Positions 51,157 to 62,778 of a DNA stretch of 64,000 nucleotides are shown here, piece after piece. The DNA is from Microbotryum violaceum (lineage: Eukaryota): the NCBI GenBank assembly GCA_001244265.2, contig CDLV01000013.1, positions 868,001 through 932,000 on the forward strand, read 5' to 3'. A model generated the notes under the pieces. That model was not told where the DNA came from, made no database searches, and saw nothing but the letters and a program-made list of their open reading frames with translations. The stretch's first letter is position 1. Each line of letters begins with the position of its first letter. The translations under genes were made by a program, and so were the position numbers.

Positions 51157-53676
51157 AGGACCCCAGAAAGTCCAGCCTGAGGCGCGTAGGTAAAATCCGC
51201 CAGAATCCCCGATTTTGGACCTCATTTGTCCACCGATTTTTGGAATTTTCGCCCAAAAAGGTCCCCAAAATGTCCAGTCCATCTACGCGCCTCAAAAAAT
51301 AGCTCTAGATTCGCTTCAAATGCTCTTAAACATCTTCAAAAATCGCGAAAACGCCGTCCGGACGTTTTTCGCTCGGGCCGAATCGGCAGAGCCCGCGCGC
51401 GCGTCAGCCGTTTCGGTTCTGCTTCGCCGAGAGCTCCTCACCTGCACTTACTGCCTGCCTCTTTGCCTATGATTTAACGTGGCCATAGTATACATGTAAC
51501 GTACAACGAGAGGTAAGATCGATTGCAGTCACTCTGCGAAGCAGTAAGCTAGCTACCGTGAGATGTACGAACCAAGTCTAATCGACAGTTGTTCTTCTCC
51601 TATGTTGCTGGCACAACTGGCAGGTATGATGCCTCGTTTCAATACAAAGCAGACAAGAGAGCCGATTTTCAAAGGCGTAGCTGACGTGACGTTTCCGTCG
51701 ATCGACCCAAACGGTGGGATCTTGGCGAACGCCGTGTATTGCCTTGCTCGCAATTGCATCCGTACCTGGGCAAGAATGAACATTATTGATGAGCACTCTC
51801 TGGGCCATATGTGCAGAGCACAATTGCAGCTCACTTCTTTACGTCTGTCTTCGATGTACCCTATGTTTTCCGTCTCGTTTGCGGTCGAAAAGCGACTGAA
51901 GGTCGCTTGTCCTGTCCAACGAATGGACCTCGCAACTCCTGACACGGCTTCGAGACGGGCTGCACCCATTGAATGCACTAAGCCTCGGAGGACACTGGAA
52001 TGCATTTCACCGTGCTTGGACAATTTTGCTTTTGATGTGGGATCGGAAACTTGGGAAGTCGAGGTGGTGGCGCCGTGCCTTCCCTTGAGTAGGACAGCTC
52101 TGAGATGGAAACATTGATGTGCCCGACGGCGCTGGATCAAGCTTTTCAGATCAAGCGCAAGCTGACGAGATTCGTAACGCAGAAGGGATGGGAGCCGAAT
52201 AATCTGAGCCTGTGAAAGAATGCTGGTTCCATTTAGTGTTGCTACACGAAACCAATTGCTTAGATGAACCTACACTACCCGGCAAGCTATCATTTGCTGT
52301 CACAATGACGTCGAGCAGGAAGCGTTCCTCTGCTTGAGCATCGACCTCGTCATAGGCCTGCTGAACGGCAAGCCTAGAATCGGAAGAGATGAGTTATCAG
52401 CTCAGAGGAGGCTGGTACAGGTCTCATTGCACTCAAATTATGGTGCAGTATCATTGTTAAGGCCAAGAGCAGCTAAAGAGCGAACAGCGTGTTCAACTGA
52501 CTTCCGCTCTTTCGGCTCCCGACGAGACCTTTCTCCAAGCCACGTTGTCCCTAGGAAAAGCACGAAAAATAATCCCAATCAACCACGCCATCGAACAGAC
52601 GAACAATTTGGCTGCTTACCAACGAAATCGAGCAGCGTGTGCAAGAACGCACTACACCCGAGGATCATTGAGGGGCTATATTGCTCCTCAATGAGCAGTG
52701 GCGGCAGCACCTCCAGAGCCTTAACGATGAGAGGCTGACTTTCGATGTCGACACCCAGATAATATTTCCATCTACTTTTGGCTACTGATAACGATCGAAC
52801 GCATGCGCTCGGTGTAATCTATATGCCGCCAGATGCTTTCGACACCGAAAGGCAGCCGGTGCCCAGCGATAGCAATTGACCGGTAACCTTGCTTACGCGC
52901 CGCAGTAATTGCTCCACGATCCTTGAATTTGTCCGTCCAAGCATCGAGCGGCCTAGGAAGAGTATCAAACTCGAGAGGCTCGTCTGTCGACCATGAAAGC
53001 TGTATCTGGGTTATCTGGGTGTCTGCAATGGGTTGTCGAAGCGGAAGGCGAGAAGCTCAAGACACCCTCACGTCCTAGAAGGGTGCCATTCGTTCGAAAT
53101 CATCGTCAAGGAGCTCGATATCCAAGTTGTCTAAATACATCTCGTCGAAGTTGGTTGAAGCGAGAGCCTAACCTAGGATGTTGATGACGATGATGGCACA
53201 GACGACGCGACGCGGCGGGGGAGGCAAGAGACGGCGCACTAAGACGAGACGGCTCGTTCAACCAGCCAAGAGGGCTATAATTGCCAAATCGAACCATTAG
53301 AGCCGTTGTTATGAATTCGGTACAGGCCATAGTGTTTCGCGCGCGCTCCGCACGTTCTTGAGGGTCGGCAAACTCTGGCGTACCAAGTCGAATGTGGCTG
53401 AAATGGGCCCAGATTTGTCCACTGGCACCTACGGGCCTAGGACCCACCCACACGGCGCACCCTGATTTGTCCACCCCCGACTACGCGCCTCTGATGTGCA
53501 TAAAATACAATCTGTCGTTCTTGACCACACCCAGACTAAAAGCAAGTCGTAACTAGAGCTCGGCAGTTCTAGCTACTCAGAGGCTACTTATAAGGCTGTT
53601 CTGTAAAGCATCCCCTTACACCCACAATTTGTCCAGTCGGGCACTACGCGCCTCAGGCCGGGCTTTCGTGGGTCCT
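51157..53676. mobile_element. Non-autonomous/decayed cut-and-paste DNA transposon, 33-bp TIRs, 8-bp TSD
   Basis: Left end AGGACCCCAGAAAGTCCAGCCTGAGGCGCGTAG (51157-51189) versus the reverse complement of 53644-53676, AGGACCCACGAAAGCCCGGCCTGAGGCGCGTAG: 29/33 identical. CCCGGCTA lies at both 51149-51156 and 53677-53684. Confidence 0.92.
51553..53160 (-). pseudogene. Decayed spliced ORF inside the transposon
   Basis: Protein-like segments (AGHRLPFGVESIWRHI, LHTLLDFV|GTTWL, IDGNVTSATPLKIGSLVCF) separated by GT-AG signals, stops and a frameshift. Confidence 0.55.
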
Positions 53677-53822
53677 CCCGGCTACGCCCGGCTTCTTGCC
53701 TTTACTAATCGATCGGACAGACCGAGGTCCAAGTCGCGCGGTTTCGTTATTTTTGCTCTTGTGCTTTCGCCCCACATTTGATGCCGCAGATGCTCCTGTC
53801 GGAACCAGGCAGTAACAAAAGT

Positions 53823-56043
53823 ATGAGCAGAAGCGACACTCGAATCGACCACGACGCGTATCATGAGCTCAACCTGCACCTTCAGCAGCAACAACACGAG
53901 CACGACTACGTGAACGGCCTTGGGCACGAGCACAGGCACGCCGGGCACGACGAGCCCGAGCGCGTGCTCGTCCGACAGCGAGCGAGTACGTCGACCAAGA
54001 ATCGCCCGAGATCGCCCAGCCCGTATCGAGCGCACCCGGAGCAATCCTCGACCGAATTGTGAGTCCGGTCCTGTTCCTCCATGTGTAACACCCCCGAATG
54101 TTAAGCACGTATGCCTACCGATGTATCGTCTGAACGGGGATAAGAGCGATCGACGGCGCCCGCGAGCGAGAGGGGGCTCGGACCACTGCAGGCGCACGTC
54201 AGCAGAGAGGCGATCGAGTGGGCTATTTGGGCTGACTCTCTCATCGTACATCGGACTATGCACTCGATATTTTGCCTCATCAGTTTGAAGAGGTCAGTAC
54301 CTTTTCAATCCTTCTCGTCAGCGGCATGGCTGCGTGTCATGAGCAGCTGCTGTGACTGACAACTGATGACGATCTCTATAACACGCACCCACCCATTTTG
54401 GATTTGGCGCGGCGGCAATTCCTCGGCTTGGCGGTCTCCATTGCGGTTCCCGACGACCCGCATCCCTCGTTCCTCGACCCGCGTCCCTCGGCGGTGACCC
54501 GTGACTCGTACTACCGCCTGCTCGGTAACCGACCTGCCTCGCCTCGCCTGCCGTTACCGACCATAATGTTCCAACTCGCAGCTTCTGGCAACATAGCATC
54601 GACATTGCAGAGACTGTTCACGACGACTTCAAACACCAGGCACTGCCCCTCGCCCGAATCAAAAAAGTCATGAAGTCGGATCCCGAAGTCAAGGCTAGTC
54701 GCAACACACAGCCGTAGCTTTAGAACTTGAGAGACCTGACAGCTGACCTATCATTGTGGCCTTTGGACGCACAAAGATGATCTCTTCCGAAGTGACAGTA
54801 TTGCTCGAGAAAGCTTGCCAAAGTCAGTCAAATGAATGCGGGTGTAATAGCTCACATCCAACGGTGGCGCGCAGTAGAGAGTAGAGAGGGCGGACACCAC
54901 CGCCAGGTGAGCCTGCTGAGTTCTGACCCTTCCCGTATCTTTCGCTCGACAGTTTTCATCCAAGAAATCACCAATCGGGCCCACATGGTGTCCCTTGCTT
55001 CTCGTCGCCGCACCTTGGCCAGGTCAGACGTCGCCGAAGCGGTCGCCAAATCCGACACGTTCGATTTCCTCGTCGACGTCGTGCCGCGCGACGAGTCGAC
55101 CCCCCTCCCCCCCTCGGCATCTGCGTCTGTTTCGGCTCCAAACTTGGGTCAAGATGGTACAGAAGAATCCGAAGCACCCAAAGCTTCAACTAGCCGCACG
55201 ACGCTCGACAGCTTCACGTCGAGTCTGGATGTTGGTGCCGCCGAAGATGCCGTCGAGGATCCCGAAGATGAAGCTGGCCTAGGCGAGGATGAGCTCGCTG
55301 AGGGGACTCTCGGTGTATCAACGACGAATGCGCGTAAGCGACCCTCACGTGCCACTGGCAAACCGCGAGGTCGACCAAAGAAGAGACCGGCGACAGATAC
55401 GGGGCCTTCACATAGCGAGCGGGAAGCTGAGCACGAACGAGCTCGGCTAGTTGCTGAGGAGCAGGCCAGGCATGCTGCAGCAATGGGGCACTTGCAAGGC
55501 AAAGCAGCCGAAGCGAGCAACCCAGCACCGACCCCGGCCCCTCAAATGCCTCCTCCCAATCCGACAAGCCACCATTCGGGTCACAATAGCGGTATGTATG
55601 GCTTGTCTGCGCAAAGTATGCAGGCACCACCCCACCTGATGGGCCTGCCAATGGGGATGGGATTGGGCATGGGTATGGGCATGCCGATCTCGATGCCGAT
55701 GGGTCTGCCCACATCAGCCGCTGGGTCACACGAGGAATATCAGAGGTGGATGCTCGAGCAGTTTCAAAGGAGCGGGGCGCACAATGCTCATGTGAGTTGG
55801 TGTTTCAAGTTATGTCAGACCACGTCCGAATTGCTCGAGCTGAATGACGGCCCAACTGCGCTACCTTGACCAGCCCTTCATGGCCCCTGGATCCATGCCT
55901 TGGCCCAACCCATTCACTTACGATGTAGGTCAAACCGTACCTGCGAAGCTGACGAGCAGCTCCAAGCTGAACCAGACCGCTCTCTCTCTTCCCCTTGCCC
56001 ATAGTCGAGCCACACCTTTGCGCACACTGCCCAACGCGAGTAA
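53823..56043 (+). CDS. HAP5: NF-YC/Hap5-like histone-fold CCAAT-binding subunit
   Basis: Spliced: EFLKSFWQHSIDIAE...DFKHQALPLARIKKVMKSDPEVK-MISSE...EKACQIFIQEIT.RA...RRRTL.RSDVAEAVAKSDTFDFLVDVVPR. Confidence 0.85.
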
Positions 56044-56207
56044 TGTGATTCATTGTTTTGTGCCAACCGGCGACATCTTGCACCAACATTCGAAATCCAA
56101 CCATATCAGTGCCAGATTGCGTCCGAGACATTTTCGTTCCAGTGGAGGTGACGTTGCATACAATAGACAAAGATAAAAACTGCCAACAGATGCAAAAGAG
56201 TTCATAT

Positions 56208-58041
56208 TCAAGCCTCGGCCAAGTTCACATCGGCAAACTTGGAGTACTGCTTCCTCGACTTGACCTTGTCGACGTCCGCTTGGGTAATGGACTTGCACTG
56301 CGAAGTGTTGCGGCGGGTGAGCCACCTGCCCAACTCGTCATATAGGTTGCGGATCAGTGCTTACCTCGGCGGCGTGGTTGTAGCCGAGGCGCGCTCGACC
56401 ATCAGCGCCCCCTTCCTTGTAGAAGCCGGGTCGCTTGAAGATGGTGACCACACACGCGCCACCTGATCGTCAAGGATGACGCGTAATCAATTCGCACAAT
56501 CTGAACTCTCTTGCAGCCGAGGAAAACAAACTCACCGAGACCCAAATTGTGAGCGAGAGCATAGCACTCCTTGCCTTGCTTTTCCGCAGCTCCCGGTACA
56601 CAGCGAGGATCTTGCATCGGTCCCGCCCATCCACGGAGCTGATTGACGAGGTAGAAAGCCATACCCAACCCAGTCGCGCCAAGGGGATGTCCCTTGGATT
56701 CGAGACCACCGGAGGGATTGATGACGAACTTGCCGCCATAGGTGTTGTCGCCCGAACGAGCCAGTTCGTGAGCTTTACCGGAGGCGGTCAACTGCAGCGC
56801 GTCGTAGACGAGCAACTCGTTCGCGGCGAAACAGTCGTGCAGTTCGATGATGGAGAGGTCATCGGCTTTGATACCGGCTTGCTTGTAGCACTTCTGCGCC
56901 GCAATACGGGTCATGTCGGCGCCGGTCAGCTCGATGGAGGAGCGGTCGTTGAAGAGGCGAGGGCTGTCCGTCGTCATAGCTTGAGCGACCATCTCGATTG
57001 CTTGATTCTGCAGGTTGTGCTTCTTGACGAAGTCCTCGGAGACGACGATCGCGCAAGCGGCACCGTCTGAAGTGGGGCAGCACATACCACGCGTCATCTG
57101 TACTCAATATATATTGACAGAGTGAGGCTCAGACCTCCGCTTCGGCAGCGGATGAAGATCAGGCACCAAGGACTCACGTTGTCAGTGATCTTCTTGTCGT
57201 TATAAACCTCGTCAGTGGTCATGACGTTGCGGAACTGCGAGTACGGGTTCACTGCGGAGTGTTTATGGTTCTTGGCTGCGATGCTGGCCACATCTCTCCA
57301 TGTCGAGCCATACTTTTGGCAGTACTCCTCGGCACCGTTGCCGAAGATCTGAGCAGCAAAGGGTCCTGATCCGACGCCGACGACGTCGTTCATCAACTCG
57401 ATCGTCTTTTCGAGAGGGGGCGCACGATCACTGAAGGTGGTGGTCAACGAGCCAGGGGCCATCTTCTCGAAGCCGATGGCCATGATGCAATCGGCGACGC
57501 CGGCCTCGACCATTTGACGGGCGAGGAAGAGTGCCGAAGAACCCGTCGAGCAATTGTTGTTAACGTTGACGATAGGGATTGCCGTCATACCGAGAGCATA
57601 AAGGGCACGCTGACCGCAAGTCGAATCCTTGTGTGGGAGTAAAGGGAGCCCAATCAGACTCTGTAACGAAGCAATTATTGGTGCAGGGAGGGGTAGGGTC
57701 CGGGCTCGGCCTGCAGCGTGTGCAATTTACTCTGGGTGGCCACTGGCGAAGAGAGACTCACGCCATAGACGTATCCAGCATAGGCTTGTTCGACCTCGTC
57801 GTAATTGATTCCGGCGTCGAGGAGAGCCTTGGTACTGAAGCGCAACAAATGGAGAGTCGGTCAGCAAGACAATCCGCGCCTCGGCAACCAGTCTCTTGGC
57901 GGGGCCCAAAGCGGGGGCGGGGTTTGATTCGTGGCCTACTCACGCAGCTTCGACGGCCAGTTCGGGATAGTCGATGAGGTTTCGGGGCTTCATGAACGCC
58001 GTCATGCCGACACCAGCGATGAAAGTCTTCCGGGGAGCCAT
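56208..58041 (-). CDS. SCP2/SCPx-type thiolase
   Basis: FIAGVGMTAFMKP, IPIVNVNNNCSTGSSA, KNHKHSAVNPYSQF, CCPTSDGAA, IELHDCFAANE, INPSGGLESKGHPLGATGL, HNLGLGG. Confidence 0.94.
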
Positions 58042-58976
58042 GGTGAGAGTGCTGAGAAGACTGAGTATGGGGATCGGAGCGAGGTCAATAAAAATGATTG
58101 GGAAGGATCATGGAAAGTTGCCGCCGTCGGTTGAGAGCCAAGGCTTTGAACTGTAGGAGGGAGTCTAATACTCACTAAGATGGAAATTGTAACAATGTAA
58201 GCAAAGGTTGTGATTTGCGTGAGTAAGAGAGAGTTGGAAGGTAGGAAGGTAGACTGTGGCAAAGGGCAAGCAGGAGCAAGCCAAGCCGAGTCGAAGCGTC
58301 AGATCGGAGTCCGGCATAGTCCGGCAACGTTGGCAAACCGGAGGGTTGCGCGGCTCAGCGTGCGAGCTGCTACTCCAGGCCGACCCCGTGGGGCGGTCCG
58401 TGATGCTCGGGGAACTCGCCTGACTTCATCATGTGCTTTCGTACCCGCCCCGCTCTATTTCGCCGTGGCCACAAAGGCGCCTCGATCGAAGTCCGAAGAT
58501 CGACAGCATTCTTCAGACTAGTTCTCAAGATAAAGATAGGCGATGATCAGTGAACCCTTTTTGAGCGAGGTAACCACCACACAATCAGGACGTGATGTGA
58601 GTGGTCAGTGCGGTACCTGAGCCGGGCCTCGCGCGCTTGAGGAGTTGAGACTGTCGACAGGTAGGCGACAGCTCGGCGACTGTCCCGTTCGCTGTTGACG
58701 CCAACACTAACGCCGTTGAAACGAGTCGCCTTGTACTCAACCATGAGGGCATTGCTCACAACATCTTGCTGATGCCACTTGAACGAGAGAAGCTCTGCAG
58801 TACTGCATGCATCCACGTGACAGGACTCCGAATCGAAATGCGCATGCACCACGGATTTGAAATTCGACAAAGCCTAACGACTAAGGCAATAAGCAACAGT
58901 GTTCATACAACAAATTAAGCAAAGCGGGGAAGACTAGAGGAGGAATTCTTAAAAATCGCAGTCTCGCATGGGTGAA

Positions 58977-61900
58977 TCACAGAAACTGCCGCTTCGTCGG
59001 AGTGCGCGGCGCAGGGGACGGCGACAGTGCGCTGGAGCTCAGCTGTTTCACCGAGTTCGACTGAACGTGCTGACCAGCAGTGGAGATGCTGAGCCGCCGT
59101 TTTGCCTTGACGGCCTCGTTCAGAGCCCCGACCAGATGGTGCGAATGGTTGCTAGCGAGCCAGAGAAAGAATGCGTTGGCGAGAGGGTAGATGTTGTATG
59201 TCCAGCGAATGCCGTACAGCAGCGCAAACCCTGCTGCGATCAGGGGTAGCGCGATCGAAACAGTCGAGGCCGTTCTGCAAGCCAAGGTAACTGGTGAGTC
59301 AGTAAGGGAAACGAAAAGATAAGACACCTGAACTAGGAATCAAAAACGAAGCGAGGGCGACTTACGGACCAGGCGTGCGCTGCAGCATTTTGCCCGAATG
59401 CAGTGCCTCGACGTTGAGGAGGAAGCCGAGGATGTTGAGTACGTTGTGGTCAGTAGAGAATGGCGCAAGCCATCCGACGGCTAGGTTGCGCACCCAGACC
59501 GCAAGAATCATGGCATTGATGGGCAAGAGACCGATCATGACTAAAAGGGAGACAAACGAGTAGTGATAGCGATCCCACAAGCGGCGAGTCGATGCAGGCG
59601 TAGAGGGCGCGCTGGCGTCCTGCGCCAACAGAAGCGCTCTGACGGTTGAGAGGAGGTGCACGAGGAAGAGGACGAGGAAAGCGAATTGGTAGGGGGCAAA
59701 GAAGAGCACGAACAAGACTAGCGCTCCCATCGTCACGATGCGCTGCAGCGGCAGCGTTTCCCGAGGCTCCACAAGCGTAACAAAGGACCGCATTTGAGAA
59801 GGACCCCGCTGACGGATCAGCCGGACGAGTCGAGCCAGGACAGTGACGAGTAGGTAGAGCGCAGCATACTCGAGGACAACGACCGAGAGCATGGTGAAGA
59901 GAATGAATGCGCCGAGAAACGCGAAGAAGGGGCCCTGATTGCCCAGCAGCATCTCCGAGATCCATCTCGGCGGCAACGACGGGAGGACGTGGGCGTCTGC
60001 ACTTGCGAGCTTTGCTTCAACGAACGATAGGCGCGTGCCCAACATGACAGACTGCAGAAAAGAAAGCGCCACGAGGCTACCGAGTAACGGCATGAGGTGA
60101 TGTCTCGTGAACGTGCCGAGGGCCGTGGCGAATGGCGGGAAGCAGTGTCCCGAATTGTAGTCCCGGAGCTGGCAAGCGAATACTAACAGGATGAGTGCAA
60201 AAGGGAAGGCAACGACCGCCATCCGGTAGCGCATCGCCAGGTTCCCCAGCGACGCCCACAGGTCGAGCTTGATCTCGATCGCGACATCCGCGGATGCGCG
60301 AGAGTTCTCGCGGGCACAGGTCGGATCAACGATGAGCTGCAAACGCGCGCCCGGCGAGACGAACGGTGACGCTGGAGCAGGCAGGTACGGTCCTGAGGCA
60401 TGCGTATATAAGGAAGCCTCGCGGACATTGGGGAAATACTTGGTTTCGTGCAGCAGCGACGAGTATTGCCGCAGCAATGGCGCAAAGAGGACGGTGGACG
60501 AGTCTGCAAGGATTCGGATAGGATCAGTTGCTGAAAGGTGATAAAAGTGAGCTGGCATCGAATATTCCCTACGCTCACCTTGGCAATCGCTCCGGAAGAC
60601 CTTCATTTTGAACGTGAGCAGAGACGAGTCCAGCGTGGGAAGCCAAAGCTCAGAGATGAGCGAGGGCGTGGTCGGAAAGTTCTCAATTTTGAAACCGCCT
60701 AGCATCAGTTCTGAGAAGAGTAGGCGAGCGTTCAGTAATCGGTAAGGTTCATGCAGGGCGGATCCAGCTCGGTAGGACTCACGGAAAGCGGACTTGTCGA
60801 CGGTGTGAACACGTCGATCTTTGTCCCCGAATTCGGCTAGGAGCCAGGCGTTACCCGGCTTGACGACGACGACAATCACATCCTGACTTTCGAGCTGAGA
60901 GACATCGACGTCGAGGAAGGCCATCGTACCATCCTCAGCGGGTGCGGGCAATATCGGTGATTGAGCAGAGTGAGGCGATATGGGGATAGTGGTGACAAAA
61001 GAAGGGAAGAGGGACGTGCAGGAACTGCTGTGCGTCGACTCGGGCGCCGACTCGTTCTTACCGCAGGCATAGACTTCGACCAAGCTGTCGAGTGATCGCC
61101 CGATATTCGCCGACGTGAGGAGCGAGAAGACACGAGCTGAGCCGTACGTTCGCCGCGGAGGAATGGGAAGGACGAACGTCGAGCGCTTATCCCCGTGGCC
61201 TCGCAGTGACAGGCGCTCGCCGATCGCCAGCTCCCGACCATGTTGGCCTCGCTCTAGCGACTCGAGAGTACTCTTACGCCCTTCAGGTTTGACTGGGTGG
61301 GATTCGATGGCCCCAAGCAAGCGCTCTGCCAGCTTTCCAACGCGAGCCTCTCGCGGAAGCACGCCCAGAGGCGAGCGCACATCGACAATCACCAGCAAGG
61401 CGGTGGCCACCGTTTCCATCAATTGGCGGCACCAAAGCATCGCGAGATGATCGATCGGCGTCTGCACACCCGGGATGGCAGTCGTAAAGACGGTGAAGCC
61501 ATGCGAATCGTTCAGAGGCATGATCGATGTCAGCGACGCCGACTCGGACGCGATGGTTGTGTCCGAGATGCCTCCTGAGATAGATACAAGGACGAGATTG
61601 GACAGCTCGGCCTCGCCGCGTAAGTCTCGGCGCGAAGGCGGTGACGACATCGCCTCGAGATGATGAGCACGTCGCCAGTAAGAATTGATATTGTCGTAAA
61701 CTCGATCCACTCCCCTGTCCACGGTCACTGGTGGAACGGCATGGGGCGTTGCGATCGTGACAAGGGTCGAGATGCTGCCGGACTGATAGTGCGGATGCAG
61801 CAGAGCGGCACGCGCGACGATTCCACCCATCGAATGGCCTATGACGATGACCGACGTTGGGTCAGGTCGACCTTGTTTCGCGTTTGATTCTTGGTGGTAG

Positions 61901-62778
61901 AGCGAGAGAATATAGCGAATCGAGTCCGCGAGATACTCGGCCTGATCGAGCAAGGTCTGGCCGTGGAAAGCCGAAAAGTCGTCGTTGAAATCGAGCGTGA
62001 AGAAATCGAGGGGTCTTCCCCCCTCCTTACTACCCATACCTTTGCGACGCACGCCGGGAAGCTCGTAGTAAGCTCGACTTGCTGCACTTGCGAGCGATCT
62101 GACCTGGCGAAAACTCCCAGCGTTGCCGGGGACAAAGATGACTGGAATTCCGGTAAGGGCGAAAGCTCTTGGAGTCGGATCGGTACTTGCAGCCCCATGG
62201 CCGACATGCGGCTCGAACGGATCGTCATCCCATCCTTCCTCCCGATAGAGATACAGACCCCAGGGTCCTGCGCCTAGCCGACTGTATTCACGCCCAAAGG
62301 CTGTGGAATCCGGATTCGGAGCAGGCGAGGTCAACGGCGAAGGCGACGGCGAGCGAGCCACGAAGAAGCGGGCATGAGCTTCGGGAACGCGTGACGACCA
62401 CAGCCGAAAGAGAGGAAGTGACGTGCCAGAAATATGGAGATATGACGGCGACATCCAGCTTTGTCGACATGCGCCCGCTCCGCCCCCTTTTGCGTCGGGA
62501 GGCAACGATCCTGGCGGATATCGCGGAGGCGAGGCGACGTGTGCGAGCAACACGGTCACCAGCGCGACAAGCGACACGAGAACGATGGCGACGAACCCAG
62601 CCAAGGGGGTACGACCGAACGAGGAGCGGTTTGTGGCGGCATGAACAACATATCCAGCGCTCTTTGGTCTTGCTGTTGTCGCCGTTGTTGCGGCGTCGAG
62701 CGCGTCCGGTGCGATCGTCGATCGGGTCGAGCTCAAGAGTCCCGGTTCCTGTGATGCAACTCCCGCCGGGTCCGGCAT
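58977..62778 (-). CDS. BST1: GPI inositol-deacylase (PGAP1)
   Basis: CRQSWMSPSY, LYLYRE, GIPVIFVPGNAGSFRQVRS, DFSAFHGQTL..QAEY, lipase motif GHSMGG, IDHLAMLWC.QL and a multi-TM C-terminus with PYQFAF. Confidence 0.95.

Noticed and set aside
56190-56240. Cryptic peroxisomal signal by stop readthrough in the thiolase
   Set aside because: The protein ends AEA-TGA-ATA-TGA; there is no TGA-CTA context and no SKL-like extension.
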